Notes: a model not told the origin generated them from the letters alone. Shown: positions 1-8,289, counted from the first letter of the stretch. The stretch is DNA of 11,616 nucleotides from an uncultured archaeon (GCA_964549075.1 CAZJUB010000061.1:4458-16073); one strand, 5' to 3'. Program-made: numbers and translations.

Positions 1-384
1 GTTTTAGGAATTGTACCTGAAGAGATACAACTCCCCTTTGTAATTGTAGGTATAATAATTATGTCTATAGGTCTGATAGTAGGTTGTTTAGGTAGAATAG
101 GACGTGGAATTTATCTAGCAAGAGATAAAGCTAAACTTTCAACAAATTGGGGTCATGCAATAGTTAGACATCCTTCCTATTTCTTGTATATTACTGGTTT
201 TATCGGAATACCATTTGTTGCCTTTTCTCCCTATCTATTTATATTCTATCTAGGAATACCTGGATATATATTAACTACTAAGTCTGAAGAAGAAGTCTTG
301 ATAGAAACTTTTGGTGAAGAATACATAAATTATCAAAAAAAGGTAGGGAAACTGTTTATAAAAATAAGAAGGAAGAAAAAATAA
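1..384 (+). CDS. Isoprenylcysteine carboxylmethyltransferase / phospholipid methyltransferase (ICMT/PEMT) family membrane protein, 5'-partial
   Basis: The frame is open from base 1 (VLGIVPEEIQLPFVIVGIIIM...), so the true start is probably outside the window. Family motifs: 'GHAIVRHPSY' (cf. GPYxxVRHPxY) and C-terminal 'EEEVLIETFGEEYINYQKKV' (EExxLxxxFGxxYxxY). Hydrophobic segments; TAA stop at 382-384. Confidence 0.8.
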   Translation, partial: VLGIVPEEIQLPFVIVGIIIMSIGLIVGCLGRIGRGIYLARDKAKLSTNWGHAIVRHPSYFLYITGFIGIPFVAFSPYLFIFYLGIPGYILTTKSEEEVLIETFGEEYINYQKKVGKLFIKIRRKKK

Positions 385-1743
385 TTACTTAAACGGCCAT
401 TTCTCTAGTAACTTTAAGTTATCTTCTAATTTCGCTTCTTGAAGAATTTCAATTACTCTACTCTCTTTTAGTCTCATAGGCATCCTATCAACTTTACTAA
501 ATGAATCGATAAATGTAAAAGCAAACGCTGTAGATATCTTAGCATCTAGTTTACTTATTTTATCAAAGGTGTCAGCTGATGTGTGACCATATCCTCTCCC
601 TACTGTTGGATCTGGTTTTTCTCCAAATATACAGACATTCGGGATTCCCTTCAAGAAAAACGGATAATTATCGCTTGCTGTAATGATACTTTTAGAGATT
701 CTGGATTCATACAATAATTCATTCTGTAGTTCTTTTATTATAACATACAATTCTTCAATTCCACTGCAAGGAATGTGTTTAGGAGTGTAGCCAATTAATC
801 CATCAAGATTGATCATAGCAACAACATCAGAGATATCAATGTTGTCCACATAAATAGTCGAACCCACTACACCAAATTCTTCAACACCAAAAGCAATAAA
901 CCTTAAAGTTCTCTCTGGAGTATAATTGAATTCTTTCATCAATTTAGTTATCTCGAGCATTGCAGCAACAGATGCAGCATTATCAGTCGCACCTTGTGCT
1001 ATATCATGACCATCATAATGTCCCCCTATGACAATAACCTCATCTTTTCGTCTTCCTAGTATTTCCCAAATTATGTGTTTAGAAGTCAACTTTGGAGTAT
1101 CGTTGGAAACTTTAATTTTACATGTAATTGCATCATCGTCTTTCAGAAGCTCTTTAATGTGTTCATAAGATTCTTTGGAAATACCTATTGCTATTATCTC
1201 ACCTATTCTGTTTGATCTAACAGATCCCGTTGGAAAAAGTTGTCCTGGATTGTGGTTTGCAAAAATAAAAGCTTTAGCTCCAAATTCGTACGCATTTGCA
1301 TATTTAATGCGTCTATGTAACCATCCTTCTTCAGTGTCTCCTGAATGTATCATAACAGCTTTTCCAGGAATAGTGCTTCTTAATCTATTTAGTTCAGTCT
1401 CAGAACCACCCACACCATCTATTATATTCATCTCTAGAGTTTCATTATTAGTTGATGGTGCTAAAACAAGTGAAATAGCTGGAAAATTGTATTCCTTCTT
1501 TTTAGTTTTTATTTTAAAATCACAGTCTCCCCTTATCCAACCTTGATATTCAAATTCAAATTTTTCTACTTCTATATTAATTTCATCTAAATACTTTTGA
1601 ATATATTCTTGAGCAAGTTTCTCACTTTCAGTACCTGCAAATCTGCTACCCATTAGGCATAAATCTTTAATTGTTTCATAAATCGAATCTCTAGCAAGAA
1701 GTCTCCCAATGATTTTTTCCTTTAAATCTCCGATTTCATACAT
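385..1743 (-). CDS. M28 family zinc aminopeptidase with protease-associated (PA) domain
   Basis: Metal-ligand motifs GGHYDG, GATDNAASVAAMLE, FGVEEFGVVGS, MINLDG, SDNYPF and GHTSADT. PA insert 'PGKAVMI...KYANAYEFGAKAFIF'. No obvious signal peptide. Confidence 0.9.
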   Translation of the reverse strand: MYEIGDLKEKIIGRLLARDSIYETIKDLCLMGSRFAGTESEKLAQEYIQKYLDEINIEVEKFEFEYQGWIRGDCDFKIKTKKKEYNFPAISLVLAPSTNNETLEMNIIDGVGGSETELNRLRSTIPGKAVMIHSGDTEEGWLHRRIKYANAYEFGAKAFIFANHNPGQLFPTGSVRSNRIGEIIAIGISKESYEHIKELLKDDDAITCKIKVSNDTPKLTSKHIIWEILGRRKDEVIVIGGHYDGHDIAQGATDNAASVAAMLEITKLMKEFNYTPERTLRFIAFGVEEFGVVGSTIYVDNIDISDVVAMINLDGLIGYTPKHIPCSGIEELYVIIKELQNELLYESRISKSIITASDNYPFFLKGIPNVCIFGEKPDPTVGRGYGHTSADTFDKISKLDAKISTAFAFTFIDSFSKVDRMPMRLKESRVIEILQEAKLEDNLKLLEKWPFK

Positions 1744-1773
1744 AACAATGAATTATCTTTAGAATTTTTAAAA

Positions 1774-2037
1774 CTAACTCCCTAACGTTAAAAAGAAATC
1801 CATTTGTTCCCTAATAAATCCTTCATCCGCACTTCCAATTATTCTTTGATTATTTGGAAGGACAATTGTTGGAATAGCGACTATCTCATACTCTCCAGCT
1901 TTTGTAATATCTTTAGTTACGTCAATAACTTCGAGTTCTAAATGATCCACTCCTTTTATAATCTGTCTTAAAATACTTTCTAAATATGGACACCAGCTGC
2001 ATGTTGGGCTTGTAAAGAATAATATTTTAAGACTCAT
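1774..2037 (-). CDS. Small thioredoxin-fold protein with CxxC (CSWC); KaiB-like C-terminal segment
   Basis: 'FFTSPTCSWCP' active site, cis-Pro motif 'IVAIPTIV' and 'IIG'. SD-like AGGTGAT 6 nt upstream of the ATG. Confidence 0.88.
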   Translation of the reverse strand: MSLKILFFTSPTCSWCPYLESILRQIIKGVDHLELEVIDVTKDITKAGEYEIVAIPTIVLPNNQRIIGSADEGFIREQMDFFLTLGS

Positions 2038-2043
2038 TAGATC

Positions 2044-2050
2044 ATCACCT
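2044..2050 (-). promoter_or_regulatory. Shine-Dalgarno (AGGTGAT) for the thioredoxin gene, overlapping the stop codon of the KaiC-like gene
   Basis: The + strand ATCACCT at 2044-2050 reads AGGTGAT on the - strand. Spacer to the ATG at 2037 is 6 nt. Confidence 0.7.
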
Positions 2051-3455
2051 AATCAACTATCTCAATTAATGGCATTTTATCTTTATATCTTACAACTTTT
2101 GGTAGAAAAGTTGCTCCTGCCGAGCTTTTCATACATTCAATGTAAGTTGTATAATCTTCTCTTGAAAAGCGGATGATTATGTCTGCAGTTGTTCGTAATC
2201 TTGCTAACATTTCTCTGCTAATTGCATTAAAATTAATGAAAGAATAACCAATTGATCTTTTCTCTTTTATATTGAAAGACTGTAAAGCAAAATATCTGAG
2301 AAATTCTGATTCATTTAGTATGTTTGCATCATCAGTCAAATCCCCATATATAACAACTTTTTGTTTCGATTTCTGGAACGCTTCCATCAATTCAACAGTA
2401 ACAGAAATCATATCATCAGTAGTCATCAACTGACTCATCTCTCTAGCTTCTACTGCAGTAACTGATCGATTGTATTTGTCAATAAAAACAATGTTTCCTT
2501 TATTCAAGAACGGTTCTATGTTAAAATCAGCTTTATTAAAATCTTCAACTATTCTAGATGAATACATATGAACATTAGAGTGAATAATAACTCCTTTATC
2601 ATTTTCGAGATGATAACAGAGGGTAGTTAAAAATAAGGGGAAGTAATTAGTTTCTCCATCTACTTCTACCAAAACTACACTACCAGAAGGAATACCTCCA
2701 CCAAGTAATTTATCAAGTTTTTCTATACCCGAGGATTCTTCTTTGATGTGTGATGTCGGAGGTTGTTCAGATCTAAGAATTGAAATACCATCTCTATTAA
2801 TGATAAATCTATTTTCGAAGTTTATTGGTTTAGCTGAGCGAAGTTTAGGAATTGAAATTCGTTTAATTATTTGATTATTTTTGAGTTCAGTCCGAATCTT
2901 GATCACTCCATCAACTAGAAATTCTTCTATTGTGGAGTACTCTTCAGTTGGTTGAGACTCAGCTGTTAAAACAAGCACAGCATCTTCATTTGTAATTTCC
3001 CTAATGAAATCCATGAAATTACTTCTTGCAGTTTTTTCATATTTGAAATCAGCAAAAAAAGCTGAGATTGAATCAAAGATAACCATTTTTGCTTTGATAG
3101 ATTCCATTTTGTCCTTTGTTCGTGCAATAATCGCAGACAAGTTGAATTGATCAGTTTGAACTAAATTTGTTCCTAAAGGTTTTAAGGACATTTTTTCAAA
3201 GTGTAATAATCCTTTATTGACATAAGATTCTAAATCCATGTTAAAGGATTGACCGTAAGTCATCAATTTTTCAATGTCAACTTCCGTTGAGATAAAGAGA
3301 ACTGGAATATTTGCTTTCAAGGCTCCAACTGTCATGAAAAGAGATAGAACTGTTTTCCCTGAACCTGCAGATCCTTTAATTGCATAGCAGAAGCTTGTTC
3401 TCAAACCTCCGTCTATCATTTTATCAAGTTCTTCTATGCCAGTAGAAATAATCAT
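2049..3455 (-). CDS. KaiC-like / RAD55-family RecA-superfamily ATPase with two domains; N-domain intact, C-domain degenerate
   Basis: N-domain: STGIEELDKMIDGG, Walker A GSAGSGKT, FISTE, Walker B VIFDSIS, EEFLVDGVI and KLR (Arg finger). C-domain begins SSGIEKLDKLLGGGIPSGSVVLV, but Walker A is replaced by EVDGETNY and KxR by KSS. Confidence 0.88.
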   Translation of the reverse strand: MIISTGIEELDKMIDGGLRTSFCYAIKGSAGSGKTVLSLFMTVGALKANIPVLFISTEVDIEKLMTYGQSFNMDLESYVNKGLLHFEKMSLKPLGTNLVQTDQFNLSAIIARTKDKMESIKAKMVIFDSISAFFADFKYEKTARSNFMDFIREITNEDAVLVLTAESQPTEEYSTIEEFLVDGVIKIRTELKNNQIIKRISIPKLRSAKPINFENRFIINRDGISILRSEQPPTSHIKEESSGIEKLDKLLGGGIPSGSVVLVEVDGETNYFPLFLTTLCYHLENDKGVIIHSNVHMYSSRIVEDFNKADFNIEPFLNKGNIVFIDKYNRSVTAVEAREMSQLMTTDDMISVTVELMEAFQKSKQKVVIYGDLTDDANILNESEFLRYFALQSFNIKEKRSIGYSFINFNAISREMLARLRTTADIIIRFSREDYTTYIECMKSSAGATFLPKVVRYKDKMPLIEIVD

Positions 3456-3540
3456 CTTGTTTCATTTAAGAGATGGTTTTACTTCTATAAAATGGTATTG
3501 AAAGTTGTAGTTGAAACCTTCTTTCTCTAAAATAACTCAA

Positions 3541-3552
3541 TATATATATATT
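3541..3552 (+). promoter_or_regulatory. Putative archaeal TATA box for endA (probably a leaderless transcript) in the divergent intergenic region
   Basis: TATATATATATT lies about 23-34 nt upstream of the ATG at 3575, the expected spacing for a TSS at or near the start codon. Confidence 0.5.
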
Positions 3553-3574
3553 AAGGAATGAAAAATAGTTTGTT

Positions 3575-4126
3575 ATGGCTCCTGAATTTCAAGCTCAGAC
3601 AGTAGGAACACGAATTATCGTGTGGGACATCGATCAAGGTATGGAACTCTATTCAAGTGGTTTTTATGGGAAACCAATAGGTGTTAGAAAACCTCAACTA
3701 GGCGATGAATTTAGAGACCCATCAGAGATTTCCCCTTTTGAGGCAATGTATCTGTTAGATCAAAAGAAAATTAATATTGTCGACGAGCAAAATAAGAGTT
3801 TAACTAAAACAAAATTCAGGGAAAGATGTTCAACAAATTTCCAAAATTTTGATAGCAAGATGCAAGTATACAAATATTTGCGGGATTTGGGGTATGTTGT
3901 TCGACCAGGTTTGAAATTTGGTGTGGATTTTGCTGTTTACACAAAAGGTCCAGGTTTAGAACATAGTCCATATATGATTCAGATAATTGAAAAAAATGGC
4001 AAAATTGATCCAATAGAATTGGTAAGAGCGGGGAGATTAGCAACCACTGTTAGAAAGAATTTTGTTATCGCTACAACAATCAAAAATAAATTACACTTCT
4101 TTACTTTTGGCAGATTCAAACCATGA
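3575..4126 (+). CDS. endA: tRNA-intron (splicing) endonuclease, single-unit catalytic subunit
   Basis: 'SPFEAMYL', 'VYKYLRDLGYVVRPGLKFGVDFAVY', 'GPGLEHS' and 'GRLATTVRK' supply the Tyr-His-Lys catalytic triad. The 183-aa size is typical of the alpha4 type. Confidence 0.95.
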   Translation: MAPEFQAQTVGTRIIVWDIDQGMELYSSGFYGKPIGVRKPQLGDEFRDPSEISPFEAMYLLDQKKINIVDEQNKSLTKTKFRERCSTNFQNFDSKMQVYKYLRDLGYVVRPGLKFGVDFAVYTKGPGLEHSPYMIQIIEKNGKIDPIELVRAGRLATTVRKNFVIATTIKNKLHFFTFGRFKP

Positions 4127-4273
4127 TGTTCAAACTAATTCTACGTAAACTTAATATGATTGCATGACAAAACCTTTTCATAAGATATTATTTATAACAT
4201 TCAACTTACTTGTTCTTTACTAGTTTTCCTACCATAAAAGATTAAAGGAGTTATTAATATCCGTTAAATAATC

Positions 4274-5461
4274 ATGAGTTCCTCAACTGATTGGCAAGTA
4301 GATGTATTAGAATATGCCCAGAAATGTATCTATTGTGGATATTGTTCACTCTGCCCAACTTACAAAGAACTTAAGTGGGAAATTTATCATCCTAGAGGAA
4401 TTCTTGAACAAATAAAATTGTATTTTGATGAAGGGACCAAAGAAAAAACAAAACTTGAAGCTTCTAAAACGTTATTTGATGCAATATTTGCTTGTACTAT
4501 GTGTAAAGCTTGTGAGAACATCTGTTTAGTTGACATCCCCTTATTAAAAATCTGGGAACAAGTTCGACAAGAATCGTTCAAAAAAGGTCGATGGAATCCC
4601 TTAATGCTTTCTTTGTATAATAAAGTAAGAGATACACATAATATTTTTGGGCTTCCTCCTGACGAAAGGTTGACTTGGGCAAAATTAAAAGGTCTGGTCA
4701 TGACCCGCAGAGTCAAGAAGAAAGCTCCTTTAGCTTATTTTATAGGTTGTCAAGCATCTTACTCTGGTAAAATGAGTGAAATAGCTCCCAGTGTAGTAAC
4801 AATTTTAAGAAAAACTAAAACTAATTTCACTATCCTTGGAAATGATGAGTGGTGTTGTGCATCTCCTATATTTTTAGCTGGTGGTTATTCAGTCGGAAAA
4901 AATTTCGCAAAACACAATTTGGAAGAATTGAAAAAATTAGGTGTAAAGAGATTAGTTACAGCTTGTTCAGGTTGTTATCGTACCTTTAAAATAGTCTATC
5001 CCAGAGTTTTAGGCGATAGTTGGGATATAGAAGTTCTGCATATCTCTGAATTAGCAAATGAACTAATTAAGGAAGGAAAAATTAAATTTAAAAAGCAATT
5101 TAAAGAGAAAATAACTTTCAAAGATCCTTGTGAATTAGTGAGGCATTGTGGTTTAATAGAAGCTCCACGTGAAGTAATAAATAGCATATCTAATGTAAGA
5201 TTTGAAGAATTACCGTCCAACAAAGAAGAAGCACTTTGCTGTGGTGGAGGGGGATTATTAAAGCTTAATAATTCTGAATTAGTCGATAATGTTAACACAA
5301 AATTGATGGCAGAAATAAAGTATTCAGAAGCAAACATTGTCGTTAATGGGTGTCCTACTTGCTTAGATACAATCCAATCAGGAGTAAGAAAAGAAGACTT
5401 AGATATTGAAGTTATAGATATCTCTGAATTGATTCTAAGAGCTATGGGTGAAAAGAAATGA
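4274..5461 (+). CDS. Fe-S oxidoreductase with ferredoxin-type clusters and two CCG domains (GlpC/GlcF/HdrD-like)
   Basis: CIYCGYCSLCP and CTMCKACENIC cluster motifs. CCG-domain motifs FIGCQAS...WCCASP...ACSGC and KDPCEL...LCCGGGG...GCPTC. Confidence 0.9.
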   Translation: MSSSTDWQVDVLEYAQKCIYCGYCSLCPTYKELKWEIYHPRGILEQIKLYFDEGTKEKTKLEASKTLFDAIFACTMCKACENICLVDIPLLKIWEQVRQESFKKGRWNPLMLSLYNKVRDTHNIFGLPPDERLTWAKLKGLVMTRRVKKKAPLAYFIGCQASYSGKMSEIAPSVVTILRKTKTNFTILGNDEWCCASPIFLAGGYSVGKNFAKHNLEELKKLGVKRLVTACSGCYRTFKIVYPRVLGDSWDIEVLHISELANELIKEGKIKFKKQFKEKITFKDPCELVRHCGLIEAPREVINSISNVRFEELPSNKEEALCCGGGGLLKLNNSELVDNVNTKLMAEIKYSEANIVVNGCPTCLDTIQSGVRKEDLDIEVIDISELILRAMGEKK

Positions 5462-6870
5462 CACTAAAGAAAAAAGCAAGATCAAGATTTGTTAGATTCA
5501 TTGGTAAAAAACTTCGCGAGGATACACCAACTCTTCAGGTTTATTCCAGAGATATGGCCGATCTTCCTTCACTTGTAAGTATATTCTTCAAGAACAAACC
5601 TGATGGTGTCATTTTAGTTAATACAGTAGAGGATATCCAGACAATCTATGCTATTGCCAACGAAACTAAAACTCCCATAACTCAAAGAGGAGCTGGAACT
5701 GCGGGATTAGGCGGAAGTATTACTTATAACGGTGGTTTAGTTATCGATACTAAGGGTATCGAACAGAAATTTTTCTTTGATCCATTGGAGCAAACAGTAA
5801 CAGTTAATCCTTCTTATGTGTTCTCAGATTTACAACGAGAGTTAAAATTACAAGGTCTTTCATTATGCGCTTATCCATCGAGTTATCATTCAGCTACAAT
5901 TGGTGGTTGGATTGCTCATGGCGGTCATGGAATTGGAAGTGCACAGTACGGAGGAGCTTTAGATCAAATTGTGGAATTAGAGGTCGTGTTACCAACAGGT
6001 CACCTTGTAAAATATACAGAAAAAGATCATATCTCACTTTTTGTAGGATCTCATGGAACACTTGGAACTATAACTGAAGTAACTTTGAAAGTGAAGTTTG
6101 ATATCCCACTGAAACATCAAGGATGTACTTTTGATTCTCCTGAAGAACTCGTAAGAGGTCTTAAAGATCTTAGTTTAACATTCCCATATTCAGTTTGGTT
6201 TCTAAATCCAAAACATGTAGCTTTATTTAATGAGACCTTCGGATACAATTTGCCCAATAGATATGTAGCGATAATCTCAAAGGAAGTTAGTTTTGAAGAG
6301 GAAGAACAAGAATTTAATAGAATCTTTAATAATGCTATAAGGAACTCAGGTGGTCAAATCCTTGATCGAAGATACACCGAAGATATCTGGAAATTCCGAT
6401 TTAGATCTCTTTCAATGCTAAAACATTGCAGTGATTATGTTGTATCAGAAGTTATACTGCCAATTGAGAATAGTGATAAATATTTACGCAAATTAATCAC
6501 TAAATTCAAAGGGAATATTCATCTGGAAGGTGAGTTTATCTCTCCTACTCATTATGCTTTACTTATGTACATACTTTCGGATGAGAAAATGTCTCCTCTT
6601 AAGAAAACACTACTGAATTTAAAATTATACAATGTTTCTCTAAAGAGTAAAAAAGTCAAAGGACATCCTTATTCGACAGGATTGTGGTTTGCAGGTTACT
6701 ACAGTCAGATATACGGAAAAGATGAATTTCGAAGATATAAGGAATTTAAGAAAAGTGTAGATCCTAAGAATATTAGTAATCCAGGAAAAGTATTATCTCC
6801 CAAAATAAGATTTTTCCCAGTAGTAAGTCTAAAATTCGCAGTGAAATTAGCAAGTAGGTTGATGTTATGA
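5458..6870 (+). CDS. FAD-binding oxidoreductase, VAO/PCMH superfamily (GlcD / D-lactate dehydrogenase-like)
   Basis: PITQRGAGTAGLGGS, YPSS...ATIGGWIA..G.G....YG, LFVGSHGTLGTITEVTLK and C-terminal DPKNISNPGK. ATGA overlap with the upstream gene. Confidence 0.9.
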   Translation: MTLKKKARSRFVRFIGKKLREDTPTLQVYSRDMADLPSLVSIFFKNKPDGVILVNTVEDIQTIYAIANETKTPITQRGAGTAGLGGSITYNGGLVIDTKGIEQKFFFDPLEQTVTVNPSYVFSDLQRELKLQGLSLCAYPSSYHSATIGGWIAHGGHGIGSAQYGGALDQIVELEVVLPTGHLVKYTEKDHISLFVGSHGTLGTITEVTLKVKFDIPLKHQGCTFDSPEELVRGLKDLSLTFPYSVWFLNPKHVALFNETFGYNLPNRYVAIISKEVSFEEEEQEFNRIFNNAIRNSGGQILDRRYTEDIWKFRFRSLSMLKHCSDYVVSEVILPIENSDKYLRKLITKFKGNIHLEGEFISPTHYALLMYILSDEKMSPLKKTLLNLKLYNVSLKSKKVKGHPYSTGLWFAGYYSQIYGKDEFRRYKEFKKSVDPKNISNPGKVLSPKIRFFPVVSLKFAVKLASRLML

Positions 6871-7304
6871 AAATTAAAGAATATGAGTTTCCAGATAATT
6901 TGTTATATGTAACAGGAGAACCAGGTCACTTTTGGGTGGAACAGATTTCTGAAAAGAGAATCAAATTAGGAATAGATCATTATGCTTCTTCAAGAGCAGG
7001 TACAATAGAATATGTTATGACAATGAAGATTGATAAAAGCATAAAGAAAAATGAAACAATAGGCACAATTGAAAGCGGGAAATGGGTGGGACAACTCAAA
7101 TCACCTATTGATGGAAAAATTGTTGAGAAAAACGAGAATTTACGTAAAAATCCAAGTCTTATTAATAAAGATCCTTATGGTGAAGGCTGGATTTTAATTT
7201 TAGAAGGAAATGATTTGGAAACTCAATTTGAGGAGAATGAGTTAATAGTACCTGCTGGGGAAAAACTTGAGGAATATATATTGTGGAGAATTAATCAAGA
7301 GTAA
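6867..7304 (+). CDS. Lipoyl carrier protein, glycine cleavage H-protein family (GcvH/LbpA-like)
   Basis: HFWV...IKLGIDHYA...G, lipoyl-Lys motif GTIESGKWVGQLKSP (K72) and NPSLINKDPYGEGWI. ATGA overlap with the upstream gene. Confidence 0.9.
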   Translation: MKIKEYEFPDNLLYVTGEPGHFWVEQISEKRIKLGIDHYASSRAGTIEYVMTMKIDKSIKKNETIGTIESGKWVGQLKSPIDGKIVEKNENLRKNPSLINKDPYGEGWILILEGNDLETQFEENELIVPAGEKLEEYILWRINQE

Positions 7305-7351
7305 ACTAAAGGTAAAAAGATAGATTTTTAATTTAACAGAATCTCCTAAAC

Positions 7352-8254
7352 TTGTTTATGACAAGCTGGTTTATACTTCTATTTGCACTTTTACAAGGTA
7401 TTTTAGAATGGTTACCAGTTAGTTCTCAAGGTCAAACTGTTTCCTTATTAATTGCAGTTGTACATCTAAATCAAGAATTAGCTTTTCAGATAGCAATTTG
7501 GCTTCATTTAGGAACCTTGCTCGCTGTTTTAATTAAATATCGTAAAGAAATATTTCAATATCTTAATCTTAAAAACAAAGATCCTAGTGTGGTTCAGTGG
7601 AGGAATTTCTTAATTTTTAGCACATTAGGTACAATAGTAACTGGTGTTCCTTGCTTTCTGTTAGTTCGATATTTAATAAAAGATAACACCAATTTTGGAG
7701 AGTATGTTATGCTACTGATAGGTATTGCACTTATAGTTACTGCAATATTATTGTTCTACTCTGAAAGAAAGAAAAGACAATTAGAAGCACAAGAAGAAGA
7801 AATTAACACAGAAAGTTCAGATAAGAGAGATTTCTTCAAATATAATGCAATTGAAAATCTCTCTAAATTACAAATGACAGTTAGTGGATTGTTTCAAGGA
7901 TTCTCAATTATACCCGGTATCAGTAGATCGGGTGTTACTATGAGTGGATTGCTTTTTATGGGAACAAAAAAAGAAGATGCCATTAAAGGAAGTTTTCTCA
8001 TGAGTATACCAGCTGTAATTGGAGGTTTTATCCTTGACTTAACATTTACAGCTATACAAGTTTCTCAAGAAGGCGGAACAATAATTCCAGTTGATTGGTG
8101 GCAGCTTTTAATCGCTTTAGCTATTACTGCAGTAGTTGGTTATCTTACAATGGAAATATTCCTATTTGTAGCAAGAAAATATAATTTCTCAATCATCTGT
8201 CTGATTTTAGGAATTGTTACAATAATCTTATTTGCTGTACGTTTCGCTGCTTGA
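7352..8254 (+). CDS. uppP: Undecaprenyl/polyprenyl-diphosphate phosphatase (BacA/UppP family); real start may be the ATG at 7358
   Basis: QGILEWLPVSSQGQ, LHLGTLLAV, GLFQGFSIIPGISRSGVT and SFLMSIPA motifs. Multiple transmembrane segments. Confidence 0.92.
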   Translation: MFMTSWFILLFALLQGILEWLPVSSQGQTVSLLIAVVHLNQELAFQIAIWLHLGTLLAVLIKYRKEIFQYLNLKNKDPSVVQWRNFLIFSTLGTIVTGVPCFLLVRYLIKDNTNFGEYVMLLIGIALIVTAILLFYSERKKRQLEAQEEEINTESSDKRDFFKYNAIENLSKLQMTVSGLFQGFSIIPGISRSGVTMSGLLFMGTKKEDAIKGSFLMSIPAVIGGFILDLTFTAIQVSQEGGTIIPVDWWQLLIALAITAVVGYLTMEIFLFVARKYNFSIICLILGIVTIILFAVRFAA

Positions 8255-8263
8255 AAGTAAATC

Positions 8264-8288
8264 TAGAAAAAGAATATTTTTTTCTCTC
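8264..8288 (+). terminator. Putative T-rich terminator after uppP
   Basis: An A-tract, then a T-run and CT-rich tail, about 10-35 nt after the TGA stop. Confidence 0.4.
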
Positions 8289-8289
8289 T

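Noticed and set aside
61-63. ATG at 61 as start of the methyltransferase
   Set aside because: The frame is open and hydrophobic back to base 1, so the gene is most likely truncated by the window edge.
1-384. Idea that the ICMT-like enzyme methylates the GTPases
   Set aside because: Neither GTPase ends in a CaaX motif (…GGRR, …KDEY), the gene is 8 kb away, and the family is widespread in prokaryotes.
1175-1546. 123-aa + strand ORF
   Set aside because: Antisense shadow inside the M28 peptidase, with no recognisable motifs.
2049-3455. Calling this a bona fide circadian kaiC
   Set aside because: The C-terminal kinase-type domain lacks Walker A and the Arg finger, and there is no kaiA-like gene.
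3816-4043. 75-aa - strand ORF
   Set aside because: Antisense to the conserved core of endA.
4127-4273. Intergenic gap as possible tRNA/ncRNA next to endA
   Set aside because: AT-rich, with no cloverleaf or GC-rich stems visible. It is more likely terminator plus promoter sequence.
4387-5337. Two - strand ORFs (4387-4716, 4996-5337)
   Set aside because: Antisense shadows of the Fe-S protein. The poly-Pro stretch only mirrors the GGGG codons.
5865-6077. 70-aa alternative-frame Trp/Arg/Cys-rich ORF
   Set aside because: Its composition is what an off-frame reading of the Gly-rich FAD-binding region produces.
6867-7304. Assigning the symbol gcvH
   Set aside because: The family is clear, but the motif variant and the absence of other gcv genes leave its role unresolved.
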